Origin: a virus
Taxonomy: Duplodnaviria; Caudoviricetes
Length of the DNA stretch: 64,000 nucleotides
Virus record (IMG/VR): IMGVR_UViG_2690315896_000001
Coordinates: 3,311 to 67,310 of that record
Strand: one strand, 5' to 3'
Each line of letters starts with the position of its first letter. Position 1 is the first letter of the stretch. Both the position numbers and the translations under genes were made by a program. Positions 29,436 to 39,007 of the stretch are shown here, in pieces. The notes beneath the pieces were generated by a model. That model did no database searches. It had not been told where the DNA came from and saw only the letters and a list, made by a program, of their open reading frames with translations.

Positions 29436-30727
29436 TTAAGCCAGCATTAGCTGATATATGAAAATAATATTTTTTCCAATTTCCGCCAAAAAATTTTCAC
29501 TTCCACAGTGAAAAATCAAACCAAAAAAAAGATTAATCCAAGGATAGATATGCAAAAAACAAATTAGAACAGAAAAGAATATAGGCAACCTAGCAATAAA
29601 TTTATAGAATTTGAAAGTTCTATTTATTTCTATTTCTTGCCTGCATTTGAATTGAGTGATTCTCTCAATCTCATCTCGTATAACTTTGCTGAATGTTTTT
29701 TTCGGCTTAGACGACTCTAAAAGATTGAACTCAAAACTATTAAGCAAATTATCAACTTGGTTTTTGTAATGCCTGATGGTTCTAAGTATTATTAAACTAG
29801 CAAACACGACCCCAACCAAACCGATTATAAAACTCAATACGTTTTCAGCATCTTTAATCACAATCAGAACACCAAGAGATGCAGGTATTGCTAGCAGCTT
29901 TGTACCTATCTCACCAATCGCATTATTTAATTTCGTCGTACTTTCAATCAATCCATCGGAAATCTTTTTTCTAGCAGAATCAAAGGAGAAAGAGCTTACA
30001 TAGGCGTGTAGATCATGTAGATACTTTTTTGTTACTCTCCCCAATTTTTCACCAAATACTCAAAATCCACATTATCATCATCACATTCACCTACAGTTTC
30101 AGCAATTGCAGTATTCATCAAAAGAATGCGCTCTTCTATTTGATGCTTAGTCTTACCTTCGAATTGATTTTTAAGCGCATCCAATATTTTAAAACTTGGA
30201 ATTTCGACGGAAATTGCATTGACGGTTAGATTGACTTTCAGGATAGCCGCCTTCTGCGGAGATTTACCATCAGAGGGTTTGAGGAAAATTAATTTATCAG
30301 CTTCAAATGCCTGCACCCGGTCAATTGATATCGAAACAAAACCTCGCAGACTAAAAATGAAGTTAACTACACTACTCAATTTCTCAATTTGCTCTGGCTT
30401 ATTCTCATCACCGTCCCAATAATCAAGATCTCGGATATAGTAATTATCTCTGAGAATACCGCGGGAAAGTGTAGGAGTATTTTGGATGAAATCTTCAAAT
30501 GTCTCGAAGAAAGCACCGCGCTCCGAATTCGGAATTTTTAACTCAAACTCGATTTTTCCACCGTTGCGCAGCGGATCTACGGGGCTAAAGTCCTCTTCGA
30601 CCAGCTGATAAGCTGCCAACGCGTCAGAAACAACATCCGTCTCTTCAACGTCAATAGGAAGACGGGCTCCATTCTTAAATGGAGGCCTTCCGACAGCTCT
30701 ATATAGATCAACGACATTTTTAAACAT
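29436..30727 (-). pseudogene. About 430-aa protein with C-terminal TM helices, frameshifted at a G4 tract
   Basis: ORFs 30032-30727 and 29436-30044 join if one G is added at 30039-30042; low GC. Confidence 0.7.
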
Positions 30728-31837
30728 GTTTGTCTAACTCATCAATTTGCTTATCAGACAATCTGATTCTCAAGTAACCCTCTTCCCTATTGAACTGAAC
30801 CTTTGAATTTACAGAAGTTCCAAAGTCAGATTTTTCAAACTTTATCTCAACATCGTCATCCTTCAGTACAATTCTAGAGTATTTCCTCAGAGACATTTCA
30901 TTTACTGAAAAGCTGACTGGTATTTTGTATTCAGGACCATTTAATATATCCACAAAATCATCAAAGTGCTTTGACAAGTCAACTGGAAAAATTCTTTCCA
31001 CATTTTGCTTCACATCCTCCAACGAGGCCGCCAAACCCGCACCCATTTGTTTCTTCAAATATGTGCATACGGCCTCTTTCACTCTGGAGGCATGTACTTT
31101 GAGCGCTGGGTTTTTTACACAATAATCATACGCAGCCTGTATAACAAGCGCAGTGGATCTCTTCGATGACCTGTGCAACACACATCCCAACGCCTCAATG
31201 AAATATGACGCCGCATCATCTGAGTCTCGGCTAGCTATAAAGGAAAGGTATGATGACAATTCCAAATCATCAACATCGACGCCTTGTCTAAGTTGCTCAC
31301 TTTCATCCTGCATTGATTTCAAGTAATCCGAAACCTTAAACTCGGACGCGTGGCTTAATTTTGTCATATCCACTTGCTCAATATCGACAGGCACATAATC
31401 CTCTGTCAATCTGATTCCGCCCTTCTGCTTAATCATAGCAATTATCAAATTCTGCTCATTGTCATCCCCCTGTACAAGCCAAAAAGTATTTTGGACCCTG
31501 TTGCCAGTCTACTTTTTATGGCCTTACTGACAATCGCGTCAACCGCAACATGCGACAGCGCTAAAAAAACACTTTTATCGGCGAGGTCTGGCTGAGACGA
31601 CACGCATTTCTGAAAGCTATCTGGGAATGGTCCTCGAAATGCATCATCGCCAAATCGACCCCAAGCCAAACTATTCTCTTTTTTCCCAAGGAGCTTAGCC
31701 ACACCCTCTACCAATGAAACTACGGGCGCCTGAGAGACATCTAGAACCTCATTTTTTTTCACAATACCAGACACTGCTTCTGCATATTTCTCTTTATCAA
31801 ATCCGTGAATTACAGCATTAATAATTTCAAAAGGCAT
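30720..31837 (-). pseudogene. NdpA/YejK-like nucleoid-associated protein, frameshifted at a G5 tract
   Basis: NAVIHGFDKE, ATGSKILF, IAMIKQKGG, YLSFI..ASYFIEALGC motifs; one extra G at 31466-31470 gives about 372 aa. Confidence 0.75.
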
Positions 31838-31999
31838 TTGTTTTTCCTGAAGAGTGGTTACGTGTCTGAATGTAACCCATCTCGCCCAAGCTGCCCCCTT
31901 CGTTGTCCCCAGTGCGATTGGCGACTCGACGCCAATCGGCTCCCTCAGCAAACAACCAATCAGCGAACCCCGGAGCACGCCTTTCCTCTGCCTCGCATA

Positions 32000-32015
32000 C
32001 TGTATAAACATACAG
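32000..32015. promoter_or_regulatory. LexA (SOS) box
   Basis: TA-CTGTATAAACATACAG-CA, a near-consensus CTGT-N8-ACAG. Confidence 0.8.
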
Positions 32016-32125
32016 CAAACCCACAAAACACACAATAGGTCGATGGGACTGCCAGCTTCAAGTCATGCTGTGCACGGCTGGCACATCCAGCGACGCTGCT
32101 ACAGTCCCGCCAACAGGAGGGAACC

Positions 32126-32614
32126 ATGGGATCTTTCAGCGCCATTCACTGGCTCATCGCACTGCTTGTCATCGCGCCCGTTGCGGCTCTGATGGTCGTC
32201 CCTGCTTGGCGCATCCTGCAGCGATCGGGGCACAGCGGTGCCTGGGCACTGCTCATGCTTGTGCCTGTGCTGGGCTTCGTGGTGCTGTGGGTGCTGGCCT
32301 TCTCGAAGTGGCCAAACGACAAGGATGGGAAGACCAGCACCAGCGTTCCCGGGATCATCCTGGGCATTGTTCTGGTGCCGCTGTCCATCGGATCGGTGGT
32401 GATGCTGTCTTCGGCGGGAATGCGCGTAGCCGCGCCAACAGGGCAAGCTGCGGCGGCCCCTCAGGGGAATGGCCCAGGGCAGAAGTACCAGGGACATCCA
32501 GCCTCTTCGCCCAATCCGTTTTCCAACCCCGACTACGGGAAGGATGCCGCGGCGCCACGACCCATCCAGCAGAACAATGACGAAGAAAATCCCTTCGCAA
32601 AGTTCCACCGCTGA
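32126..32614 (+). CDS. Inner-membrane moron protein (DUF805-like core) with flexible tail ending NPFAKFHR; candidate superinfection exclusion factor
   Basis: TACAGT -10, AGGAGG RBS, three hydrophobic segments, antisense to the late operon. Confidence 0.8.
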   Translation: MGSFSAIHWLIALLVIAPVAALMVVPAWRILQRSGHSGAWALLMLVPVLGFVVLWVLAFSKWPNDKDGKTSTSVPGIILGIVLVPLSIGSVVMLSSAGMRVAAPTGQAAAAPQGNGPGQKYQGHPASSPNPFSNPDYGKDAAAPRPIQQNNDEENPFAKFHR

Positions 32615-32616
32615 AT

Positions 32617-34248
32617 CTAACGCGCTGCCAGTACTTTCTGAGCAGCCCCCGCACCGTAATACTCATCAAACTGCTTGGCCATGGATGGATTGCTTTTAAG
32701 CAGGGCTACCGAGTCGCTGGTAGGCGTGTAATTCGCCCCCGCTGGACTCTTCGCTCCGGCCGCATCCACCTGCTGCACCTCGCCCGTGACGGCGTTGTGC
32801 CGGATGATGCTGCCCTGGGTTGTTGACCCGTCTGCATTCTTGATGGCCGGCGTGACCGTGACCTTCCACGGCGACGGATCTGCATCGCCCCGAATAGCGC
32901 GCATGGACTGCTGAGCCTGTTGCTTCTGCTGGGGAGTGGCATTGGGATCGAGCAGCGTATTGCGCAGCTGCTCTTCCTGACGCTGGGCCCGGGTCTTGAA
33001 GCCACGCGCTTCGGCCTCGCCCTGCAGGCGCTGCTGCTCGACGCCCACGCGCATGCCCGTGCGCCCGGTTTCCCCGGCCTGCTGCATGGCCTCGCGTTGA
33101 AGGCCACCGGCTTGCTGCATGTCTTCGCGCATGAGGCCAGCGTTCTGGCGCATGGTCTCTGCCTCCATACCTGGCTGGGCCTGGCGCAGTGCTGCATCGG
33201 TCCCCAGCATGGCGCGGTACCGTTGCATGTCTGGGCTGTTCTCGGCGCCACGGCCGCCGAAGCGCCGCGTGTTGGTGATGGAGCTGGCCGAAACTTCGGC
33301 ATTGCGCAGATCGTTGCGGGCTTGCCAGTCGTTGCCCGAGTGGGCGATGGTTGGCGTGCGAAAGCCCGGGAAGCCCAGGCGCGGCTGCTCGACCTCGGTA
33401 CGCTGGCCTGGCGTGAAGCCGCGTGCCGCGTACTGGCTGGCCAGGTTCTCGCCGGCCGCGTCGTTGCGCCGCGATGGCAACCCGCGCGGCTCGTTGCCCA
33501 GCGCCGCGCCCTGTGCGCTGTCGGCGAAGCTGTTGCCCTGCCGGAAGATCCCGGGCTGGATTTCCTGCGGCGCGGCCGAGCTGGGCGGGCCCATGGTGCT
33601 GCCAGTGGGTGGCGTGGCCTGCGGCGTTGCAACTGAGCTTGCTGGAGCTGTGGAGGGCGCGGGGCTCGCCATCGTAGAGGCGGCAGCAGGGGCTGAAGCT
33701 GCGGCGGCACCTCCCCCGATCCCGGCGCCGACCGCAAGTCCACGCGCGGCGTTGGTCCCGGAGTTGATGGCGCCACTGATCGCCCCGCCCGTGCGTCCCA
33801 CAACGGACAGAGCGCCGCCCAGTCCAGCCGGTGCAGCATTTGCCAGATTCGACACATTGCGGCCCAGCTCGGTGTTCATGGGATTGGACTGCGAGCCGTC
33901 TGGAGTCGGCGCCTTGGGGTAGCCGCCCAGAGGGATCTGGTCCTCTGGCGCACCACCATTGGCGAAGAACACCTTGGGCTTGAAGCCGCGCGGCACGAAT
34001 GCTTGCTCGGGCGCTGGTGTGTGGGTGGCATCGACGGCGGCCTGCAGCGCGCCAGCGCCGCCCATGGCGTGCACGGTATCGGGCGGCAAGACGAACTCAC
34101 CCGGCTTGAACATGCCGGGGATGGAGTCGGGCGCCTGGTTCTGGGCCTGGGCCAATGCAGCCCGCTGACCGGGCGCAAAGCCACGGGGCCCTGTGTATTC
34201 GGACGGTTGCTCCATTGCGGAGGCTTTCTTGGGAGTGAATCCGCGCAT
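32617..34248 (-). CDS. Ejection (DNA transfer)-type internal virion protein
   Basis: DSIPGMFKPGEFVLPPDTV motif, A/Q/G-rich, C-terminal LKSNPSMAKQFDEYYGAGAA, located after the adaptor gene. Confidence 0.7.
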   Translation of the reverse strand: MRGFTPKKASAMEQPSEYTGPRGFAPGQRAALAQAQNQAPDSIPGMFKPGEFVLPPDTVHAMGGAGALQAAVDATHTPAPEQAFVPRGFKPKVFFANGGAPEDQIPLGGYPKAPTPDGSQSNPMNTELGRNVSNLANAAPAGLGGALSVVGRTGGAISGAINSGTNAARGLAVGAGIGGGAAAASAPAAASTMASPAPSTAPASSVATPQATPPTGSTMGPPSSAAPQEIQPGIFRQGNSFADSAQGAALGNEPRGLPSRRNDAAGENLASQYAARGFTPGQRTEVEQPRLGFPGFRTPTIAHSGNDWQARNDLRNAEVSASSITNTRRFGGRGAENSPDMQRYRAMLGTDAALRQAQPGMEAETMRQNAGLMREDMQQAGGLQREAMQQAGETGRTGMRVGVEQQRLQGEAEARGFKTRAQRQEEQLRNTLLDPNATPQQKQQAQQSMRAIRGDADPSPWKVTVTPAIKNADGSTTQGSIIRHNAVTGEVQQVDAAGAKSPAGANYTPTSDSVALLKSNPSMAKQFDEYYGAGAAQKVLAAR

Positions 34249-34268
34249 TGCGAACCTTTCAGCACCTG

Positions 34269-34940
34269 CTAGGGCAGATGGATGACGTTGGTGTGTGGCT
34301 GGTCGTGCCGCGTGGCCCGGCGCAGGTCCGAGTCCGGCCGCATGCCGAAGTAGCTTTCAAAGACCGAGTACGACTGCTGCGACTTGCTCGGATCGAAGCC
34401 ATCCGCATCAGGCTGCCCGAACGCGCGGTACAGGGCCCAATGCACAAGATAGGCGTGGTGGGCCCCATGAATCTCGGGTTTGTCGTGGCAATGGGTCAGC
34501 TGTTTGAGGGGCAGCCGATAGGCCTCAAGCCGAAGAATCCCGGCCTCGCGCGGCGTGGGCACCAGGCGAAGCCGCGTCTCGGTCTGGATGGCGAAGCGAG
34601 GCTCATCGCTGCAGCGGTCGCGCCAGTACGGATCCTTGCGATCCAAATACTCGCGCGATACCACTGCCAGCTCTCGACCTTCACTGGTCGATGCGCCGAC
34701 AAACCGCAGATGGGCGATTTCGTAGACCTTGGGGTGCAACTGGTAGCTGGCAATGTCGGCCGCGACGGCGATCTCGCAGACACCCGGCGTGGAATCATCA
34801 AGCAGCAGTCGGCCGCGCACTGCCGCCTCCGACTGGGCTTCATTGAACCAGCCCACGACCTGGGTCTCGCCCCAAAGATACGGCTCCTCCACATCCTTGG
34901 CGTCGGATCGAAACAGGGCGATCAGGTCCTGAAGAGTCAT
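34269..34940 (-). CDS. Head-tail adaptor (tail tubular A/gatekeeper-like)
   Basis: MTLQDLIALFRSD..PYLW..WFNEAQSEA, LRLVPTP and LVHWALYRAF motifs. Confidence 0.75.
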   Translation of the reverse strand: MTLQDLIALFRSDAKDVEEPYLWGETQVVGWFNEAQSEAAVRGRLLLDDSTPGVCEIAVAADIASYQLHPKVYEIAHLRFVGASTSEGRELAVVSREYLDRKDPYWRDRCSDEPRFAIQTETRLRLVPTPREAGILRLEAYRLPLKQLTHCHDKPEIHGAHHAYLVHWALYRAFGQPDADGFDPSKSQQSYSVFESYFGMRPDSDLRRATRHDQPHTNVIHLP

Positions 34941-35386
34941 GGCGCGCTGCCGTACTGGTCGACCATGCCGCGAACCCGCTCGCGCATCTTGTCCAACCCG
35001 AGGTTGCCCGGGAGATCCAGCTTGTAGGTCTGCTTGGTCCAGTCGCGCAGCGCCTGCTTGTCCATATTCTCAATCTGCTGCAGCACGTTGAAGCGGGCCT
35101 CTTCCTGCACGCGCCGCTCGTCCTCGGACTTCTTCGCGGCCTCCAACAGCGCAGCGGTGTCGTCGGGCTGCTGAGTCGGCACCGGCGCTGCAGCCAGTCC
35201 AACGCCCTCCCCTTCAGGCGCCGCCTCCTGAAAAATATCCGAATGGCGCAGGAACCGGGCCGCCAGCGCAATGGGGACCACACGCGTCTGGCCAGGGTCG
35301 AAAGTCAGGCGCGAACGGTAAATGCGGTCGATGAATGGCGTATCCGTTCCCGTGTAGGTGACGGCCTGGGTCTGTGCAACGGTCAT
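34937..35386 (-). CDS. Hypothetical phage protein
   Basis: AAGGA RBS, coupled to the adaptor gene. Confidence 0.7.
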   Translation of the reverse strand: MTVAQTQAVTYTGTDTPFIDRIYRSRLTFDPGQTRVVPIALAARFLRHSDIFQEAAPEGEGVGLAAAPVPTQQPDDTAALLEAAKKSEDERRVQEEARFNVLQQIENMDKQALRDWTKQTYKLDLPGNLGLDKMRERVRGMVDQYGSAP

Positions 35387-35454
35387 GGTGATGTCCTTGG
35401 GTGCTCGATGGAAAGCAGCAGGGCCGCAGCCCTGCCCTTTCAGATCACGGATGC

Positions 35455-35934
35455 TTACTGGTTGCCCAGACGCTCGCCGTGGACGATCACATCCAGGCGC
35501 GAGACCTTAGCGTTGGCCGCGCCGGCGGTCGTGAGCACCAGATAGGCTTCCTTGGGGAGCTTCACGGGCGCCTTGGAACTGGTGGTGCGCAGGCGCGCGG
35601 CAGCGTTCAGCACCAGGCCAGCGCCGAAGTACTCGGGGTCCTGGGGCACGGTGGCGTGATCCACGCCGTCGATATACGTGAAGCCCAGCGAGCCCGTGAC
35701 GGCCGCAGTCATGGCCGTAGACACGATGACCTGGGCATCTTCGAGCAGCATGCCGGCGGGCAGCTTCTCCAGCACGACCACATCGCCAGCAGCGATGGCA
35801 GTGTTGGAATCCGCGCCGATGGCCGCGCCTGCAGCATTGGTCTGCAGCGTGGCGCGCAAGGTGGTGAGGTTGCCGTAGGGAGTGAAGCCGCCGAACTGCA
35901 GCATGCCCAGGCCGGCCTTCTTGATGGTTGCCAT
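35455..35934 (-). CDS. Capsid decoration/cement-like protein
   Basis: Directly after the capsid gene, AAGGAGG RBS, AAGDVVVLEKLPAG motif. Confidence 0.7.
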   Translation of the reverse strand: MATIKKAGLGMLQFGGFTPYGNLTTLRATLQTNAAGAAIGADSNTAIAAGDVVVLEKLPAGMLLEDAQVIVSTAMTAAVTGSLGFTYIDGVDHATVPQDPEYFGAGLVLNAAARLRTTSSKAPVKLPKEAYLVLTTAGAANAKVSRLDVIVHGERLGNQ

Positions 35935-35994
35935 GGTGGCCTCCTTGAAGTTGGGGGAAGTGACGAGGGGCCGGCCGTGGCCCGCCCCGGGGCA

Positions 35995-37287
35995 TCAGCC
36001 GCGTGGCTTGATGATGGGCACGGCGGTATCAAGCACCGTCACACCGTGGTCGGTGAACTGCTTGGTGTCGCCATGGCTGACCGCGAAGCGGATCTTGGAC
36101 ATGCCCAGGATGGCGCCGATGGCGATTTCCATCTTGTCGTCAAAGTCGCCCGGCGCTTCCTTCCAGAAGAAGGGCACGCCGCTGTGGTCGGAGCGGCCAA
36201 AGGCCTGACCCAGTGCCTGGCCACCCAGCAGGATGGCGCGGTCCACGGCGTACTTGTCGGTGAACGATGCGGGCACCAGCACCGACGACTCCTGCTCGCT
36301 GGTGTAGCTTGCGCAGTAGCGCAGCTCGTCGCCAGCGTAGAAGCGGATTGCCTTGGGCATCTTGATGATCAGGATGCCGTTCCACAGACCTGCTTCGCCC
36401 AGGAACAGCGGATGATCCTTGGCCAGCCGTGCGCGTGCCATGGCGTTGCCCTGGAACGCGCGGAAGTTCGGGTCCGTGGCAAAGCCGCTGTACTGAGCCG
36501 GCGATGCCAGGAGCACGCGGATGGGGCTGTCGGTGGCGGCCAGGTCCTCATCGAACTCGACAGGCGGGGGCGGCAGCGGGATCTGGTCCATCCACGAACG
36601 CACGGCATCCACCACGTCCATGCTCAGCGTGTCGGCGCTGGCGATCACCAGCTCGCCCGCGTTGGCCTTGACTTCGCCCACCGCGCCCGCGCCAGCCACC
36701 AGGTGGCGATTGCGCGTCGGCGCCTTCACCCGGTTCACCATGATCTCGGAGAACTTGGGGTGCGACGCCAGCGGCACGCGCCATTCGATCAGGTGATCGT
36801 TGAAGCCGCGCGCGCCGGCCAGGTGAACCAGCGTCGAATGCTCGATGTAGTCGTCCATCAGGCGCTGTGCCTTGGGGCGGCCGAACTTGCGCAGGTCGTA
36901 GGGCGTGCGGATGCGCGACATCTGATCGCCCATGTCGATGGGAAAGCGCGCCTGGTTCACACGGAACCGCGCGTTCTCGTAGCTCATGCCCACGCCCTTG
37001 CCCTCGGCAAACTCGCTGCCCATGATGGGGTAGCTGCCAATGGGCTGGTCGAGTTGGAACTCGACCTCATCGCCCTTGCCCTTGCCCAGGTCCTCGGCAC
37101 GCACGATCGGCATCGTGGGCTTGGTCTGGCGCTTGGTGCCGGCCACGGCATCCGCCTCGGTGGGCATCTTGCCGGTCAGGCGGTTGAGCGTGGTGCGGCG
37201 CTGCATGCAGGTGTGGAACACGCCCACGGCCTGCTGAATCATGGTCCCAGGGTGACCATAGGGAGTGCTGGTCTTGGTGTCGGACAC
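35995..37287 (-). CDS. Major capsid protein (N4-gp56/DUF4043 type)
   Basis: DLGKGKGDEV, VNQARFP, HLAGARG, HPLFLGEAGLWNGILI, DRAILLGGQAL. Confidence 0.9.
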   Translation of the reverse strand: MSDTKTSTPYGHPGTMIQQAVGVFHTCMQRRTTLNRLTGKMPTEADAVAGTKRQTKPTMPIVRAEDLGKGKGDEVEFQLDQPIGSYPIMGSEFAEGKGVGMSYENARFRVNQARFPIDMGDQMSRIRTPYDLRKFGRPKAQRLMDDYIEHSTLVHLAGARGFNDHLIEWRVPLASHPKFSEIMVNRVKAPTRNRHLVAGAGAVGEVKANAGELVIASADTLSMDVVDAVRSWMDQIPLPPPPVEFDEDLAATDSPIRVLLASPAQYSGFATDPNFRAFQGNAMARARLAKDHPLFLGEAGLWNGILIIKMPKAIRFYAGDELRYCASYTSEQESSVLVPASFTDKYAVDRAILLGGQALGQAFGRSDHSGVPFFWKEAPGDFDDKMEIAIGAILGMSKIRFAVSHGDTKQFTDHGVTVLDTAVPIIKPRG

Positions 37288-37299
37288 GGTGGACCTCCT

Positions 37300-38367
37300 T
37301 TACATCTGTTTGTTCAGCCAGGCGGTGATCTGCTCGGGCGTCTTGCCCTCCATCGCGTAATGCAGATCCACGCCACTCAGTTCAGCCATCCGCTCATCCG
37401 GCGACAGACCATCCACGCGCCCACCAGGAATGCTGGAGAGACTTGAGGGAGGATCGGCCCGCACGGCTTGGGTGGCGGCCTTTGCTGCGGCTTTGGAGTC
37501 CGCAGCGGGTTGAGACGAGGGTTTCTCGGTCGCCGCCTTGTAGGCGTCGAACACCTCCACGATTTCGGCGGAGGTACCGCCGGTCTTCGCGTCGAACAGG
37601 CCCCAATAGGCATTGCGGACCACGCTGGGTTGCGAGTCCACCCAAGCCTTGAACTCAGCGCTCTCGACGATGGAGTCCGCGTTGGGGTGCGCCGTGTAGA
37701 TGGCGTCCAAATGGGCATCGGAGGAGGACTTGGACTGCTGCTCACGCAGCGGCTGCAATTCCTTCTTCAGTTCCTGCTGCAGCTCCGCGCGCAGCTCATT
37801 GCGGAGCTGTTCACGAGACTGCTGGTGGAGCTTGAGCAGCCCATCGCGCAGGCCGGCTTCGGAGAAGTCGCCGAAAAGGTCCGCGTCCGCGCCCGCCTCG
37901 ATGGCCGCTTGCGCTTGGGCGGCCATGGTGTCGGTCTTGGTTGGCGCGTGTCCGGCGTCTACCCGCGCCTGGGCTTCGGCCTGCAGAGCGGCCAGCTGCT
38001 GCTGGGCGTTGTCTGCGGTAGCCTGAGCCTCATCACGCTGCTTGCGGATCTTCAGCACCTCGTCAAAGGGAATGGTGTGTTTGCCGTCCCGCGCCAGGAC
38101 CACGGTGTTGTCCGCGGTCTGTTCGGCTTCAGGAACGGCTTTTGCCCCCTCGGTGCCGCCCGCAGCAGGTGCAGTCTGCTGTTCGCTTGTGGTGCCAGCG
38201 TCGACAGCGCCTTTGTCATCCGGTGCAGCGGTGGTCGCGGGCTCGCCACCAGGTTCCGGCTTGTCGCCGGTATCGCCCGATTCCGCCAGGGCCAATGCCT
38301 GGGCGGCCTGCTCCGGCGTCAGTGCGCCATCGATACTGCTGTAGAAACTCTCGTGTGATGTCGTCAT
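37300..38367 (-). CDS. Scaffolding protein
   Basis: Acidic/Ala-rich, DGKHTIPF plus coiled coil, directly upstream of the capsid gene. Confidence 0.75.
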   Translation of the reverse strand: MTTSHESFYSSIDGALTPEQAAQALALAESGDTGDKPEPGGEPATTAAPDDKGAVDAGTTSEQQTAPAAGGTEGAKAVPEAEQTADNTVVLARDGKHTIPFDEVLKIRKQRDEAQATADNAQQQLAALQAEAQARVDAGHAPTKTDTMAAQAQAAIEAGADADLFGDFSEAGLRDGLLKLHQQSREQLRNELRAELQQELKKELQPLREQQSKSSSDAHLDAIYTAHPNADSIVESAEFKAWVDSQPSVVRNAYWGLFDAKTGGTSAEIVEVFDAYKAATEKPSSQPAADSKAAAKAATQAVRADPPSSLSSIPGGRVDGLSPDERMAELSGVDLHYAMEGKTPEQITAWLNKQM

Positions 38368-38509
38368 GCGTGTCCCGCCACATATCGCCGTGGCCGCAAA
38401 GGGCCAGCAATCCGGTGCGGCACCTGGGCGCCGCGCCATCTGCTCTTGAATCTGCAGCGCCGGAGCACTGCAGTCATCGCCGCAACGACATGCGCCACGG
38501 CTTGGAAGC

Positions 38510-38549
38510 AGTGTCAAAAAGCAGGGAACAAAACGCCAACCCTAGACAG
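38510..38549 (-). promoter_or_regulatory. Putative late promoter (scaffold/capsid), with a structured leader of about 135 nt
   Basis: TAGGGTT-N22-GACACT. Confidence 0.7.
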
Positions 38550-38644
38550 AGTGGGAATAGAACTGCCAGCAGGGATCCGCGGCGCTCGGTTATGTCCCGC
38601 AATCGACTACGCTGTGGTGTTTGCACATGTTTGGAAGTCTTCAA

Positions 38645-38926
38645 ATGCCCACTTATAGCTATCGCCCCTACTACAGCGACAAGATCACCTCCCACGAGCA
38701 GTTCATGCAAGATGAACTTTCTGAAGATGAAGCTGCACAAGTAATCGAGCAATTACCATTCGATTTGGAGCACCATTTTGAAGAAGGCGAAGCGGAGATC
38801 ACATGCATTGGCGGGATCCTCCGCGTGACAACGGATGTACCCGAAAACGAGTGCCATCACCGTGTGAAACAGTGCCTGATCAGCCGTAATCTTCGCGCGG
38901 ACAAACTGCCCTCTAACTCGGTCTGA
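38645..38926 (+). CDS. Small acidic hypothetical moron protein
   Basis: Lower GC, antisense, between portal and scaffold. Confidence 0.6.
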   Translation: MPTYSYRPYYSDKITSHEQFMQDELSEDEAAQVIEQLPFDLEHHFEEGEAEITCIGGILRVTTDVPENECHHRVKQCLISRNLRADKLPSNSV

Positions 38927-39007
38927 TCAAGATCTACCTATGCGTCTTCATGGGCAAACGGATGTGAGCAGAAGAGGCATTTCAACATCAGACTGCCCCT
39001 AAGGACT

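Noticed and set aside
34250-34275. Eighth late-promoter copy (CGAACC..CTAGGG)
   Set aside because: Wrong orientation and spacing; it is a stop codon plus RBS.
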